Below, piece by piece: positions 29,248 to 38,397 of a stretch of 43,062 bases of DNA. The stretch is taken from the IMG/VR virus record IMGVR_UViG_3300029692_000015. One strand, 5' to 3'. The notes beneath the pieces were generated by a model that was not told where the DNA came from, searched no databases, and saw only the letters and a program-made list of their open reading frames with translations. The translations under genes were made by a program, and so were the position numbers. Numbering within the stretch: position 1 is the stretch's first letter; each line of letters begins with the position of its first letter. This DNA is from a virus.

Positions 29248-29658
29248 TCAAAGCGCTTTTGCACGCTTTGCATCACTCTCGTGCCAGTCCCGGCAGCGCT
29301 GCCGGATATCGCGCACAGTGTTGCCCCAGAAAGAGCACCGTTTGCCAGAAAGGTGGTAGCTTGCTTTAGCCATGTCTATCTCCGCCAAAAGGACGGTGCA
29401 CAGCCGGACGGCGTGCCTTTGAAGCTTAAAGCGCTCCTCTCTTTCGTTCGGTTTGTCTAGCCGGAGGTCATTTGCCCCGAAGATATCAAAAAATATCCGG
29501 TCTGCCGCAGCGCGTAGCTGGCCGGGAAGACTTGCGTCAATTTCGAGGTCAAACACTTTCGCGTTTTTGGTGATCTGTCTGGTATACAGTGCCAGCTCAC
29601 GCGCGTCAAGCGGCAGCGTGAATTTATTGTCCGGTATCTGGTCTTTGCGCATTGCCAT
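29248..29658 (-). CDS. avd: Accessory variability determinant (Avd)-like four-helix-bundle protein
   Basis: 136-aa basic helical ORF located exactly between the target gene and TR. The assignment rests on size and position; the sequence family was not verified. Confidence 0.7.
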   Translation of the reverse strand: MAMRKDQIPDNKFTLPLDARELALYTRQITKNAKVFDLEIDASLPGQLRAAADRIFFDIFGANDLRLDKPNEREERFKLQRHAVRLCTVLLAEIDMAKASYHLSGKRCSFWGNTVRDIRQRCRDWHESDAKRAKAL

Positions 29659-29677
29659 GGGATAGCACTCACTTTCT

Positions 29678-29701
29678 CACCGGGCAAGGGATTGCCCGGT
29701 G
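29678..29701. promoter_or_regulatory. GC-rich hairpin/cruciform (10-bp stem, 4-nt loop) just 3' of the VR-bearing gene
   Basis: CACCGGGCAA-ggga-TTGCCCGGTG begins 2 nt after the target stop codon. No T-tract follows on the minus strand. Confidence 0.7.
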
Positions 29702-29702
29702 A

Positions 29703-30986
29703 TTATTTAACAAGATTGGTCATTTCGCAAGCCGGGGCGCAGCGAAACGCGTTGACCGCGCCCCAGGTGCCGACGAGGCCGCTGGAGTTCACGCCGAAGG
29801 CATAGAAACCGTTGCCACGACTCGCAGAGCGCAGCCGCACATAGCGGCCCACAGTACGCTGTGCCAGATCGCGGGTGATGCGCAGCGGATAGATCTTCCA
29901 CAGAGCCTGCGGGGTCTTTGCGCCGGTGCGCTCTTTCCAATACGGCCAGTAGGTGCCCTCACCGGACACCTGCGGCGAGCAGTAGATCTCCTGCAGGGAG
30001 GGCAGGAAAACCTTGTCATAGGTCACCACAGCGCTGCCGTCATCGGTGACGGCGTTGCCGTAGGTCACGACCTTCACGCGGGTCAGGGCGGCCTTGAAGT
30101 CATCCGAGAAGCCCGCAAGGAAGCCGGGCACGGTGTCTGCCTGATCGGGCTTCATGTCCCACTCGTCCTGCGGATGCCACCATTCTTTTGCGGGTGCATC
30201 GCTGTTGAGGTACTGGCGGTATGCGGACTTATACCACCGGTTGTCGCCGTATCCAACCGGATGCAAGCCGTTTAGGTTGCCGTTGGGCTTTGCGAGGAAC
30301 GTGCCGAGATTCGTGCCGGTGCTTCCAGCAGAGACGTTGCAGGTCTCCAGCAGCTCAGACTTCTGCTGATCCTTGTAGACGTACACCTTCCAGTTGGTAG
30401 GCGCGGCGTCCGGTGCGTTGTAGAAGCCGGTCAGGCGTGCACCTGCGGGGGCGTTCTTGGTCAGCGTGAACTGATAGACGGTGCCGTTCTTGACGTTGGT
30501 GCCCCAGTCCAGACCCATCTTGACGTTGTATGTACCAGCCACCAGACCGGCCTCGGGCACAACGAAAAACGCCTGATACGCGGAAAACTGGATATCTTCC
30601 AGAGATGCGTAGTGCATCTGCAGCACCATTGCGGGTGCGGTGGTGCCGGTCTCACCCTCGGCGATATCGTCCGTCTTTACCACGTCCCACGGGCAATCGT
30701 AGACTTTGCCGTCCTTGCCGGTGTAGGTGTTGACAAGCTGGGTGCCCACCGGGAAAACCGCCGGTGCGTTACCAGCAGCCACCACGGCCTTGATACCGTT
30801 ATAGTCCATCTCCTCCACAACGCTGGTCTGTGCCCGTGCCAACACGCCCAGCGAACTGGACATGCCCAGCAGGGCAGCGGTCATCTGGTCAAGCTTTTTG
30901 CCGTTGTCTTTTGCGGTCTTGTCCAGATAGATAGGCTCCACCACCTCAGTGGCAGGTGCCTGCGTGCTAATTTCGTTTTCAGCCAT
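29703..30986 (-). CDS. DGR target protein (tail-fibre-region receptor-binding candidate with C-terminal variable C-type-lectin-like region)
   Basis: 427-aa ORF whose C-terminus ...GRYVRLRSASRGNGFYAFGVNSSGLVGTWGAVNAFRCAPACE contains the VR. Lies downstream of the tail fibre / Tal genes. Confidence 0.85.
   Translation of the reverse strand: MAENEISTQAPATEVVEPIYLDKTAKDNGKKLDQMTAALLGMSSSLGVLARAQTSVVEEMDYNGIKAVVAAGNAPAVFPVGTQLVNTYTGKDGKVYDCPWDVVKTDDIAEGETGTTAPAMVLQMHYASLEDIQFSAYQAFFVVPEAGLVAGTYNVKMGLDWGTNVKNGTVYQFTLTKNAPAGARLTGFYNAPDAAPTNWKVYVYKDQQKSELLETCNVSAGSTGTNLGTFLAKPNGNLNGLHPVGYGDNRWYKSAYRQYLNSDAPAKEWWHPQDEWDMKPDQADTVPGFLAGFSDDFKAALTRVKVVTYGNAVTDDGSAVVTYDKVFLPSLQEIYCSPQVSGEGTYWPYWKERTGAKTPQALWKIYPLRITRDLAQRTVGRYVRLRSASRGNGFYAFGVNSSGLVGTWGAVNAFRCAPACEMTNLVK
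29728..29851 (-). other. DGR variable repeat (VR)
   Basis: Counterpart of TR. Carries G, C or A at the 17 positions where TR has plus-strand T. Confidence 0.9.
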
Positions 30987-30998
30987 GTGTTACTCCTT

Positions 30999-31556
30999 TC
31001 AGGATTTGCGGTATTTCATGCAGACTTTGCCGTCTACCACGACAAATCCACAGGATTCGAGGGCTGCGGTGCGCGTATCCAGCGCTTGCTCTGCCTGTTC
31101 CGCGCGGGTGGTTTCGGCGGTGATGGCAGCGTCCAAGCGCTGCTCCTCGCCTTTGGCGCGGGATGCTTCAGCGGCAATCCCGTCTGCGTTCGCCTGTTCA
31201 GCCGCCTTTGCCCGCTCAGTTTCCTCCGTGATTTTAGTGGATAGGGCGCTTTCGGCGGCTTGTGCGCGCTCGACCTCAGCCGCGATGTTGTCGGCGTTGG
31301 TTTTTTCCGCTGTTTCCGCGCGGGAAATCTCCGATGCAAGGTCATTCCTTACGCCCTGAATCGCGTCACCGACAGCCTTCGCATCCGCAGCCTTGCCGGA
31401 GAGGGAGAGGGTGGGGTCGATGGCTTTCTGGATGTTTTCGCCTGCCGTGTTTGCGAACTGCTCCACATACTCGCCCATCTGGGCGAGATCCTCGCGCACC
31501 TCGGATGCCATGACGGCTTTGCGGATGCCGTCAATCACTTCTTTAAACGGTTTCAT
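30999..31556 (-). CDS. Coiled-coil tail fibre protein
   Basis: Start MKPFKEVIDGI after GGAGGCAGACG. Contains GKAADAKAVGDAI and long Ala/Glu-rich repeats (AEKTNADNIAAEVERAQAAESAL...). Confidence 0.6.
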   Translation of the reverse strand: MKPFKEVIDGIRKAVMASEVREDLAQMGEYVEQFANTAGENIQKAIDPTLSLSGKAADAKAVGDAIQGVRNDLASEISRAETAEKTNADNIAAEVERAQAAESALSTKITEETERAKAAEQANADGIAAEASRAKGEEQRLDAAITAETTRAEQAEQALDTRTAALESCGFVVVDGKVCMKYRKS

Positions 31557-33276
31557 CGTCTGCCTCCATCGTTTGCAGCGCATAAGACTGCGTATCAGAT
31601 GCGTACTCCTTGAGCGTGCGGCTCAGGTCATACGCGGTGGTTGCTTTGCGGGCGCTGAGCGCCTGCAGGTCGGAGATGCTTGAAAATTTTTTGCCAAATG
31701 TGAATACTTTTTTGTCAGGCTTGTTGTCCAGCGGCTCTACGAGCTTGTTGCAATTGATCCACACATCAATGCCATGGGGCGCGGAAATAATGTGGGTCAG
31801 CTTGCCAAAGGCGATGCGCTCCACGTCCACGCCTGCGTCCTTCAGGTCTACGGCTTTCACCGTGATGCCGTCCGCAAGGCGCAGATGCTTGCCCAGCTCT
31901 GTGTCTGCCGCGTCCTGCAGGGACTGCTGTGTGTTTGCCGTGCCGTCCAGCAAAAGATACCGGGTGATAAGGCCGTACAGCTGTTGCGCGGTCGTATCGT
32001 TGGCAGTGGCGGTCAGGGCGTTGGTGGTCTCCCACAAAAACCAGCCGCTTTTTTTCTTGCCGATGGCGATCACCCGGGTGACGATGTCCTCGGCCTTGAC
32101 ATAGCTGGTCAGGTCAAGCATGTTTGTGCCGAAGGCGATGCCCTGCACGTTGCGCTCGGTCGCGTCCTGTACATAGTCCAGATAGCGTGCTCTCTTGTTC
32201 AGACCGGGGAACAAGGGGTAAGGAATCGTTTCGTGCCGGGTTACCAGATAGCCGCCGTACACGTCCACAAGCTCGCTTTGCAGGATGTCCCACGTTTTTC
32301 CGTAGTTCTTGCCGTCGCCGAACTCGTGCAACTCCTCCACAAGCTGCGGGGTGTAGTCTGCGGACTTTTCCCCGTTGACGTACACGTTGACCGTGCCGTC
32401 TTTTTCCGTTTTGATGCTGTACGTTGTGGATTCGGTGTTCTTTTTGGCCACTTTAATGGTATTGTCGAACTTATAGGTTTCTATTGGCGTAGTGATGGAC
32501 GGGGTAACAATGGTCTGATCTGAATCGTAGGTCTTGCTGCCCTGAGAGATCGCGTTCCGGCGGAGGGTAAACTGGTTGTCTCCCGTGCGCCAGGCAAGGT
32601 ACTCCTTTCCGGTTACGATCTCGTTCAGCGGCCAGTTTTGTGCTGGTGGGGTCTGCACGTCCTCATAGTCGGAAAAAATATAGGAAAAATTCTCTTCAAG
32701 TCGGTTCCCGTTTTGGGAGTACAGACCCCATGTCTGGTAATAGTCGCCCTGCTCGTCCGGGCTGCTGGCGGCATAGTCCAGCTTCAGATAGCACTTTTCG
32801 GCTACCGGAACATACCGCTTTTGCTCCTCCACCGTGACGTTTCCGATGCGGAAGCTTTTATAGCTGTCGGTCAGGCTGGTGTGATTCTTGCAGAGAAAGT
32901 CCAGAAACTGCCGGATGGTCTCATCCTTGGCGGTGTAGGGTGGTACATCGGTGTCGTTGAGGTAGGCAAGCTCGCCCTCACAGTACACCTTCTGCCGCAG
33001 CAGAAAATCCTGCTCATGGCTCATGACCCTGCCTTGCCAGATCTCCTTACCGTCCTGCTCCACGGACACCACCGTTTTCAGCTTTTGCAGCGCGCTGTGC
33101 GCCACGTTGCCCAGCGGGATGGTAAATTCTAGACTTCCAGCCTTACCAAACTCTCGGGTCAGGGTGGGGCTGATCAGCTTTGTAGTCTCCAGCGCAGAGC
33201 CGGGCGCATAGATACAGACCCGGTTTTCCCAGCTGTCCACGCCGTTCTGCGTGCCGGCATAGATCTTGTAACTCAT
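31543..33276 (-). CDS. Tail-associated (Tal / prophage tail endopeptidase-like) baseplate protein
   Basis: 577 aa starting at MSYKIYAGTQ (ATGA overlap with the Dit stop). Positioned after Dit and the tape measure. Confidence 0.7.
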   Translation of the reverse strand: MSYKIYAGTQNGVDSWENRVCIYAPGSALETTKLISPTLTREFGKAGSLEFTIPLGNVAHSALQKLKTVVSVEQDGKEIWQGRVMSHEQDFLLRQKVYCEGELAYLNDTDVPPYTAKDETIRQFLDFLCKNHTSLTDSYKSFRIGNVTVEEQKRYVPVAEKCYLKLDYAASSPDEQGDYYQTWGLYSQNGNRLEENFSYIFSDYEDVQTPPAQNWPLNEIVTGKEYLAWRTGDNQFTLRRNAISQGSKTYDSDQTIVTPSITTPIETYKFDNTIKVAKKNTESTTYSIKTEKDGTVNVYVNGEKSADYTPQLVEELHEFGDGKNYGKTWDILQSELVDVYGGYLVTRHETIPYPLFPGLNKRARYLDYVQDATERNVQGIAFGTNMLDLTSYVKAEDIVTRVIAIGKKKSGWFLWETTNALTATANDTTAQQLYGLITRYLLLDGTANTQQSLQDAADTELGKHLRLADGITVKAVDLKDAGVDVERIAFGKLTHIISAPHGIDVWINCNKLVEPLDNKPDKKVFTFGKKFSSISDLQALSARKATTAYDLSRTLKEYASDTQSYALQTMEADDETV

Positions 33277-34010
33277 AAGCTTGCTCCCAGATATTTGATG
33301 GTGATGCTGCTCGCAGCGGTGGCGGTAAAGGTCAGGGTGACGTTTTCTCCGTCCGGGATATCCAGCCCCTCCAGATACTGCCACTCGGTCGTTTTGGCAA
33401 GCGTGCCAGCGGCGGTCTTGTTGACCTGAAACGACACATTTGCCTCGCTTTCGCCGCGCTGGAAGTAGACAGCCGCGGTGTGCGGTGCGCCGTAGATAAC
33501 CACATCCACCGGCGTATCGGCAGGCAGCGCAATGCTGCGGTAGTCTCGCAGAATGTCCGTTTCAAAGTTGATGTCATCCCACCGGATATCCTGTGTGCCG
33601 TCGTAGACGTTGTACTTGTACGGATTGCAACTGCCGGTGATGGTGACCGTAGCGGAGAGACGCTCCGGCACGAATTTGACGTGCCAGAGCCCCTCCCAGT
33701 ACCAGGAGGGATCATCATCAAAAACGCATTGCAGCCACTTGCCCTCAAGGGCATTGTGCAGGCGGCTTTGCAGTACCTTCCACAGTTTTTTCGGCGCGGT
33801 GCACAGCAGCTCCATGGTAATGGTGCGTTTTTTGTAGTGCACCTTGCCGTCCAGCGAGGTAGTAAGGTTGAGCAGCGTGTCAGAGCCGGGTATCTGCACA
33901 AGGGTCTCGTCCGGTTCAGGCTCGCCGATGTTCGGGCTGCCCACCTTCATGTACAGCCCCCACGTTGCAAGGGTGTCATAGTTGCCCAGCTTTGCGCTGT
34001 GGATTGCCAT
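33273..34010 (-). CDS. Distal tail protein (Dit)
   Basis: 245-aa ORF directly after the tape measure; canonical siphovirus order. Confidence 0.7.
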   Translation of the reverse strand: MAIHSAKLGNYDTLATWGLYMKVGSPNIGEPEPDETLVQIPGSDTLLNLTTSLDGKVHYKKRTITMELLCTAPKKLWKVLQSRLHNALEGKWLQCVFDDDPSWYWEGLWHVKFVPERLSATVTITGSCNPYKYNVYDGTQDIRWDDINFETDILRDYRSIALPADTPVDVVIYGAPHTAAVYFQRGESEANVSFQVNKTAAGTLAKTTEWQYLEGLDIPDGENVTLTFTATAASSITIKYLGASL

Positions 34011-36692
34011 TTAAACACCCCTTTCTGCCCGCAGGATATACACGCCCATGCTGGCATCCATGTTGGTCGCAAGGCGCGGTGTGAGCATATCGGCCACCTT
34101 CTCGCCGTCCATGACAAGCTGCCCGGTGCCGATATCCGGCAGATGCTCGTCCAGCAGATCGCGGATCTGCTGCAAAATGCCCAGCTGTGCATCCGTGCCG
34201 GTAGTCTTTTCCATGTAGCGGTGCTGCATGGCTGCCCGAGTGGAGAACTCGGTCAGGCTGTCGTACACGTCATGCCCGGCAAAGGGGCTTTCGTAGTGGC
34301 TTACAGCCTGCCCGCTGCTGCTCTTGCCCTTTCCAAACTTTGCAAACAATGCAGCGCCCAGCGCCACCACGCCTGCCACAATGGCGATGATCGCGGCAAC
34401 CTCCGGGTTCGAGATGATCAGGCTGCCAACCTTTGCGATCAGTCCGCCTGCGCCCTGCGCAAGCGTGCCCAGACTGCCCATGCTCCCGGCAAGGCCTGCG
34501 ATTTTGGTGCCCGCGTTGACGTCAAAGTTGCCCATGCTCTTGCCCATGGTGCCCAGCACGCCCATGATCTTGCTTCCGACGTCGGAAACGTTGATGCCCA
34601 GCTCCTGAAACACTTTACTCAAGCCCTTAACGTCCGTTGTAACGCCGTCTGCATCTGCTTTGATTCCGTTGGACATGATCTGCTTAAAAGCGTTGAACGC
34701 CTCGTTCAGACCGCCGCCGGAATAAGCCTCGTTGATGGCTTCCAGCGCCTTGCTTGCCCAGTCGGACAGGACTTCGCGCTGCTCCTGTGACACCTCGCCC
34801 CACATTACGTTGACGATATCCAGCCCAAGCGCTGCCCAGTCCTGATTTTTCAGGTCGGTATACAGGTTCTTGCCGATCTTAAAAATACCGCTGTTAAACT
34901 GCTGCTGTGCCTTGCTCAGGTTCTCTTCAATGCGCTTTTGGGTGGCCTTGATGCTCTTGTCGATGTTCTGCGCGGTCTCTGTCACCTTATCCTGCACGCC
35001 GTCAACGTAGCTGATGACCTTGGTGTAGGTTTGCCTCACGCCGTCCACGATGCGCTCGCCGGTCTCGGTGGCGGTGGTCTTGATGTGCTGGCTGCCGTCC
35101 GCGTAGGTTTCCACGGCCTGCTGCGTGGTGGTGGTGATGCCGTTGAAGGTCTTTTCTGCAATGGTGGTCAGGGTGCCAAGCAGGGTCTTGGACATATCGG
35201 CGTAGACCTTTTTGGTCGTGGTGCTTATCTTGCCGTTCGTGTCCGTAACTTTCTTGGTCACAAGCGTATAGGTGGTAGCAACGCCGTTGACCATCTCTTT
35301 GCCGGTCTCGGTGGTGGTCTCGGTCACGCGGTCTTTGATTTTGCCCGCTGCGTCCTTTACCTTCTCCTGCAGGGTTTCAACGCTCGTTGTCACAGCGCCC
35401 AGCGCATTCTGTGCGGTGGTGGTTGCGGTGTGCGACACGGACGCTATGACGGTTTCGGTCTTGGATTTTGCGCCGCTGCTCTTGCCGGAGGAACTGGAAG
35501 GGCTTGTGACGATGGAACTTCCGCCGCTCGCGGCCGCTGCTTCTGCTTGGCGCTCAGACCAGCTTTTATTGCTTACGCTTTTGCCGGAAAGCGCATTCTG
35601 CCGCAGCCGATTTCGGTTGCTTTGCTTTTGCTGATCCTCTCTGTAGTCCTCGTAGCTGTCGTAACCAGAATAAGCGTTTTTGTCCAGTGCCTTGTTCAGA
35701 TAGTAGCTTGCCTTATCCAGTGCACTAACAGCCGCGCTGCCAAGCTGCCCAAACTTTTTGATGATAGCACTGATGGGGTTATCCAGTTCAAGGATTGCAT
35801 TCCCGAGACCCTTCCAGCCGTCCTCCTTGTAGGCTTCCTGCGCTGCGACAACCATGTCGTTCATGTGGCCTATCACAACGCCGATGCCGGAAGAAAGGTC
35901 GCCGGTCATAAGTCCGGAAAGCTGGCTGACGTTATCCTTCAGGGTGGATATACGCCCGTTCATGGTCTGGCTCTGGGTGTCCATGGCGTTATAGTAACGC
36001 CCGCCCTCCTCGCTGGCGGCTATGAGCGCCTGCGAAAGAAGGTCGTAGCTGATGGTCATGTTCTGGACTTCCTGCACCGATTTGCCGGTGTAGTCTGCCA
36101 AGACCTGATAAATATTGATGCCCGCATAGGCAAACTGCTTGATGTCTATGGTTGCAGCTTTGCCCACGTTTGCGATCTGCTGCAGGTTTGCAGCCATGCG
36201 GGATAGTTCTGCGTTGCCGCCGCCAGTGGCAGAAACAGCATCGCCCAGTGCATTGATGACCTTGCGGGAATACGCGGCGTTTTCACCTGCGCTGATGAGC
36301 AACTGGTTTGCCTGCGTCAGAGATGCCACGTCAAACGGGGTGCGGGCTGCGTCCTCCTGAATGGCCTGCATGGCTTCCTGTGCGGCCTGTGCGCTGCCCA
36401 ACATATTGGTAAAGCCGGTGGTGTACTTTTCTATCTGGGCGTTATAAGAAATGCCCATCTCCACAAAGCCCTTTGCAAGGCCTACCGCTTTTGTCCCAAG
36501 CGAGGTAAGCATATTTGCAAGGACAGTCGCTTTTGCGCTGGCTGCTGCAAACTGGCTTGCCATGCCTGAAACGCCGCTCCCGGCGGTGTTTGCGCTGCGG
36601 TTCAGCGAGTTTGCAGCGCTTTGCGTCTCTTTTCTGGCCTGCTCGATGCCCTGCTCATACTCGGAGGTATCAAGCCCCAAAGTGGCCATCAA
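34011..36692 (-). CDS. Tail tape measure protein
   Basis: 893 aa, Ala/Gly/Ser-rich with hydrophobic C-terminal segments. Contains the TP901-type core LGDAVSATGGGNAELSRMAANLQQIANVGKATIDIKQF-like region. Confidence 0.9.
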   Translation of the reverse strand: MMATLGLDTSEYEQGIEQARKETQSAANSLNRSANTAGSGVSGMASQFAAASAKATVLANMLTSLGTKAVGLAKGFVEMGISYNAQIEKYTTGFTNMLGSAQAAQEAMQAIQEDAARTPFDVASLTQANQLLISAGENAAYSRKVINALGDAVSATGGGNAELSRMAANLQQIANVGKAATIDIKQFAYAGINIYQVLADYTGKSVQEVQNMTISYDLLSQALIAASEEGGRYYNAMDTQSQTMNGRISTLKDNVSQLSGLMTGDLSSGIGVVIGHMNDMVVAAQEAYKEDGWKGLGNAILELDNPISAIIKKFGQLGSAAVSALDKASYYLNKALDKNAYSGYDSYEDYREDQQKQSNRNRLRQNALSGKSVSNKSWSERQAEAAAASGGSSIVTSPSSSSGKSSGAKSKTETVIASVSHTATTTAQNALGAVTTSVETLQEKVKDAAGKIKDRVTETTTETGKEMVNGVATTYTLVTKKVTDTNGKISTTTKKVYADMSKTLLGTLTTIAEKTFNGITTTTQQAVETYADGSQHIKTTATETGERIVDGVRQTYTKVISYVDGVQDKVTETAQNIDKSIKATQKRIEENLSKAQQQFNSGIFKIGKNLYTDLKNQDWAALGLDIVNVMWGEVSQEQREVLSDWASKALEAINEAYSGGGLNEAFNAFKQIMSNGIKADADGVTTDVKGLSKVFQELGINVSDVGSKIMGVLGTMGKSMGNFDVNAGTKIAGLAGSMGSLGTLAQGAGGLIAKVGSLIISNPEVAAIIAIVAGVVALGAALFAKFGKGKSSSGQAVSHYESPFAGHDVYDSLTEFSTRAAMQHRYMEKTTGTDAQLGILQQIRDLLDEHLPDIGTGQLVMDGEKVADMLTPRLATNMDASMGVYILRAERGV

Positions 36693-36703
36693 ATTGAAAA
36701 TAG

Positions 36704-37446
36704 TCAGGTCTCACCACCTCCGTTCTGCTCTGCGGCTTTTTTACTGTCTGCAAGCGTCTTTTCCCAACACGCCTGCGCTTCTTCCAGCGTGGTTTCGTGG
36801 CGGCGCTGGGATAGCGGCTTATCATATTCTGCCATGATCTCGCTGAAGGACTGCTCCACCTGCTGCCCCAGCGATACAGCACAAAGAAAAAGCATATCAG
36901 CCGTATACAGCTGGTATGCCTTTGTGCGGTGGCGTTCGCGCATCTCGCTGATGACGAACCAGACGAAATACTTTATTCCGTAGACTCGGAGATGCTGGAG
37001 GTCGGCGCGGCAGAGGTAGTGCCAAAACTCAGGCCGTTCAAGTCGGCCAGCGATGACAAAAAATCCTGCATATCCTCCTGCATCACGGACTTGGTAAGCG
37101 CGGTGAACGCCTTGGGCAGGGTGTCCTTCTCGCCCTTTTCCAGCGTGTACAGCTGATGCAGGGCGTTCATGGTGCGTTGCGGGTCAAGCTTCATCAGGGG
37201 CTTGATAAAGTCCAGCGCAGCCAGCGCAAACTCGCGCGGGGTAAGCTTTTTCTTGCCCTCTGCGGTTTCGGCAGGCTCTGCACCCAGCAGCTTCAGGGCG
37301 TTGGCAACGATGGTCTCCCGGGCGGCTTTGGTCTCCGGGTTGTTCACGTTGTCCTTTGCGTCCATGATCATGCGGGTGATGCCGTCCACCGCGTCATACA
37401 GCTTGGGCAGGGCTTCCACGGGGTCAAGATTGATGGTAAGGATCAT
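36704..37446 (-). CDS. Tail assembly chaperone GT-type fusion product (via -1 frameshift at 37063-37057)
   Basis: The -1 frame is open from the slippery site through 36704 (...MRERHRTKAYQLYTADMLFL...). Confidence 0.55.
36973..37446 (-). CDS. Tail assembly chaperone (gpG-like)
   Basis: 157-aa acidic ORF between the major tail and tape measure genes. Confidence 0.75.
   Translation of the reverse strand: MILTINLDPVEALPKLYDAVDGITRMIMDAKDNVNNPETKAARETIVANALKLLGAEPAETAEGKKKLTPREFALAALDFIKPLMKLDPQRTMNALHQLYTLEKGEKDTLPKAFTALTKSVMQEDMQDFLSSLADLNGLSFGTTSAAPTSSISESTE
37057..37063 (-). promoter_or_regulatory. -1 programmed frameshift slippery heptamer T TTT TTG
   Basis: In the G frame the codons read gaT TTT TTG (...MQDFLSS...). 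Confidence 0.6.
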
Positions 37447-38006
37447 TACTCTGCCTCCTTGACGTAGAACTCCATAGGCACCTTGCTGGTGTCGGTCATG
37501 TCGTAGTGGCCCTTCAGGCTCAGCGTGATGTTGCCCTTGCCGTCCTTGGTGGTTTTCAGCTCAAGGCCGCCGTCGCTCACGGCCTTCATCAGCTTGACAG
37601 CAGCATAGCCGCCGCCGATCAGATTGCCATGCCACCAGATATCCTGGAAGTCCGTGTTTTCGTAGTCCTCGCGGACGGTGATCTTGTTGGTTTCCACGTC
37701 CGCAGCGCCCAACTCCAGTTTGATGGTGTCGGCACTCACGGTCATGCAGGTGGTAGACAGACCACAATCCCAACTTGTGATGTGCTTCAGCTGATAGGTG
37801 TTCTCGGGCACTTCGTCCAGATCCTCGCCCAGATCCACGGTGTTGGGCTTGCAGCTGACGGTGATGCCGCCGGAGGTCAGACAGATCATATCCTCCGCTG
37901 CAATGGGGGTAGTGCCCGCCGGGTCGAACTTCTTGAGCAGCGCGCCGGCCTGAAACTGAAGCTTTTTGAAAGCATCCGGCGAAATGGCGTGATACATTTT
38001 GTTCAT
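37446..38006 (-). CDS. Major tail protein
   Basis: 186-aa ORF immediately upstream of the chaperone pair. Confidence 0.8.
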   Translation of the reverse strand: MNKMYHAISPDAFKKLQFQAGALLKKFDPAGTTPIAAEDMICLTSGGITVSCKPNTVDLGEDLDEVPENTYQLKHITSWDCGLSTTCMTVSADTIKLELGAADVETNKITVREDYENTDFQDIWWHGNLIGGGYAAVKLMKAVSDGGLELKTTKDGKGNITLSLKGHYDMTDTSKVPMEFYVKEAE

Positions 38007-38019
38007 GTGTTATCCTTTC

Positions 38020-38397
38020 TCACACCACAAAGGATGTGACGTCAAATGTAAGGTATGTGCACAGGTATTTTTCCGGGGGATTGTCCATAGACTGCGCCCA
38101 CGGATTTCCTGCGCATAAAAGAATTGCGCCGCCCTCGCACTCGATGGTAAGCCCATCCCCGAGGGCAGCGCGCATCTCGTCTGTTTTGCGGATGATGGGC
38201 AGCTTGCCGCCGTCTACCGGATACCACAGCCGCGCATGGAAGGTGCTGCTCTCGTCAAATCCCTTAGGAATGACAGGCAACACCGTGATATAGGGCAGGG
38301 AAGAGCCCGTCGGCACGGAATCCTCTGGGTATACAGGAACATCGAACATCGTAAAAAAGCTGTTCAGCGCCGTGGTAATGGCTTCTTCTGCGCCCAT
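38020..38397 (-). CDS. Tail completion / tail terminator-like protein
   Basis: Position between the head-tail connector genes and the major tail gene. Confidence 0.55.
   Translation of the reverse strand: MGAEEAITTALNSFFTMFDVPVYPEDSVPTGSSLPYITVLPVIPKGFDESSTFHARLWYPVDGGKLPIIRKTDEMRAALGDGLTIECEGGAILLCAGNPWAQSMDNPPEKYLCTYLTFDVTSFVV

Larger units (their letters stand above)
27881..30986 (-). mobile_element. Diversity-generating retroelement cassette (target/VR - avd - TR - RT)
   Basis: All four canonical components are present in the BPP-1-like order, and the TR/VR mismatches are adenine-specific. Confidence 0.9.
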
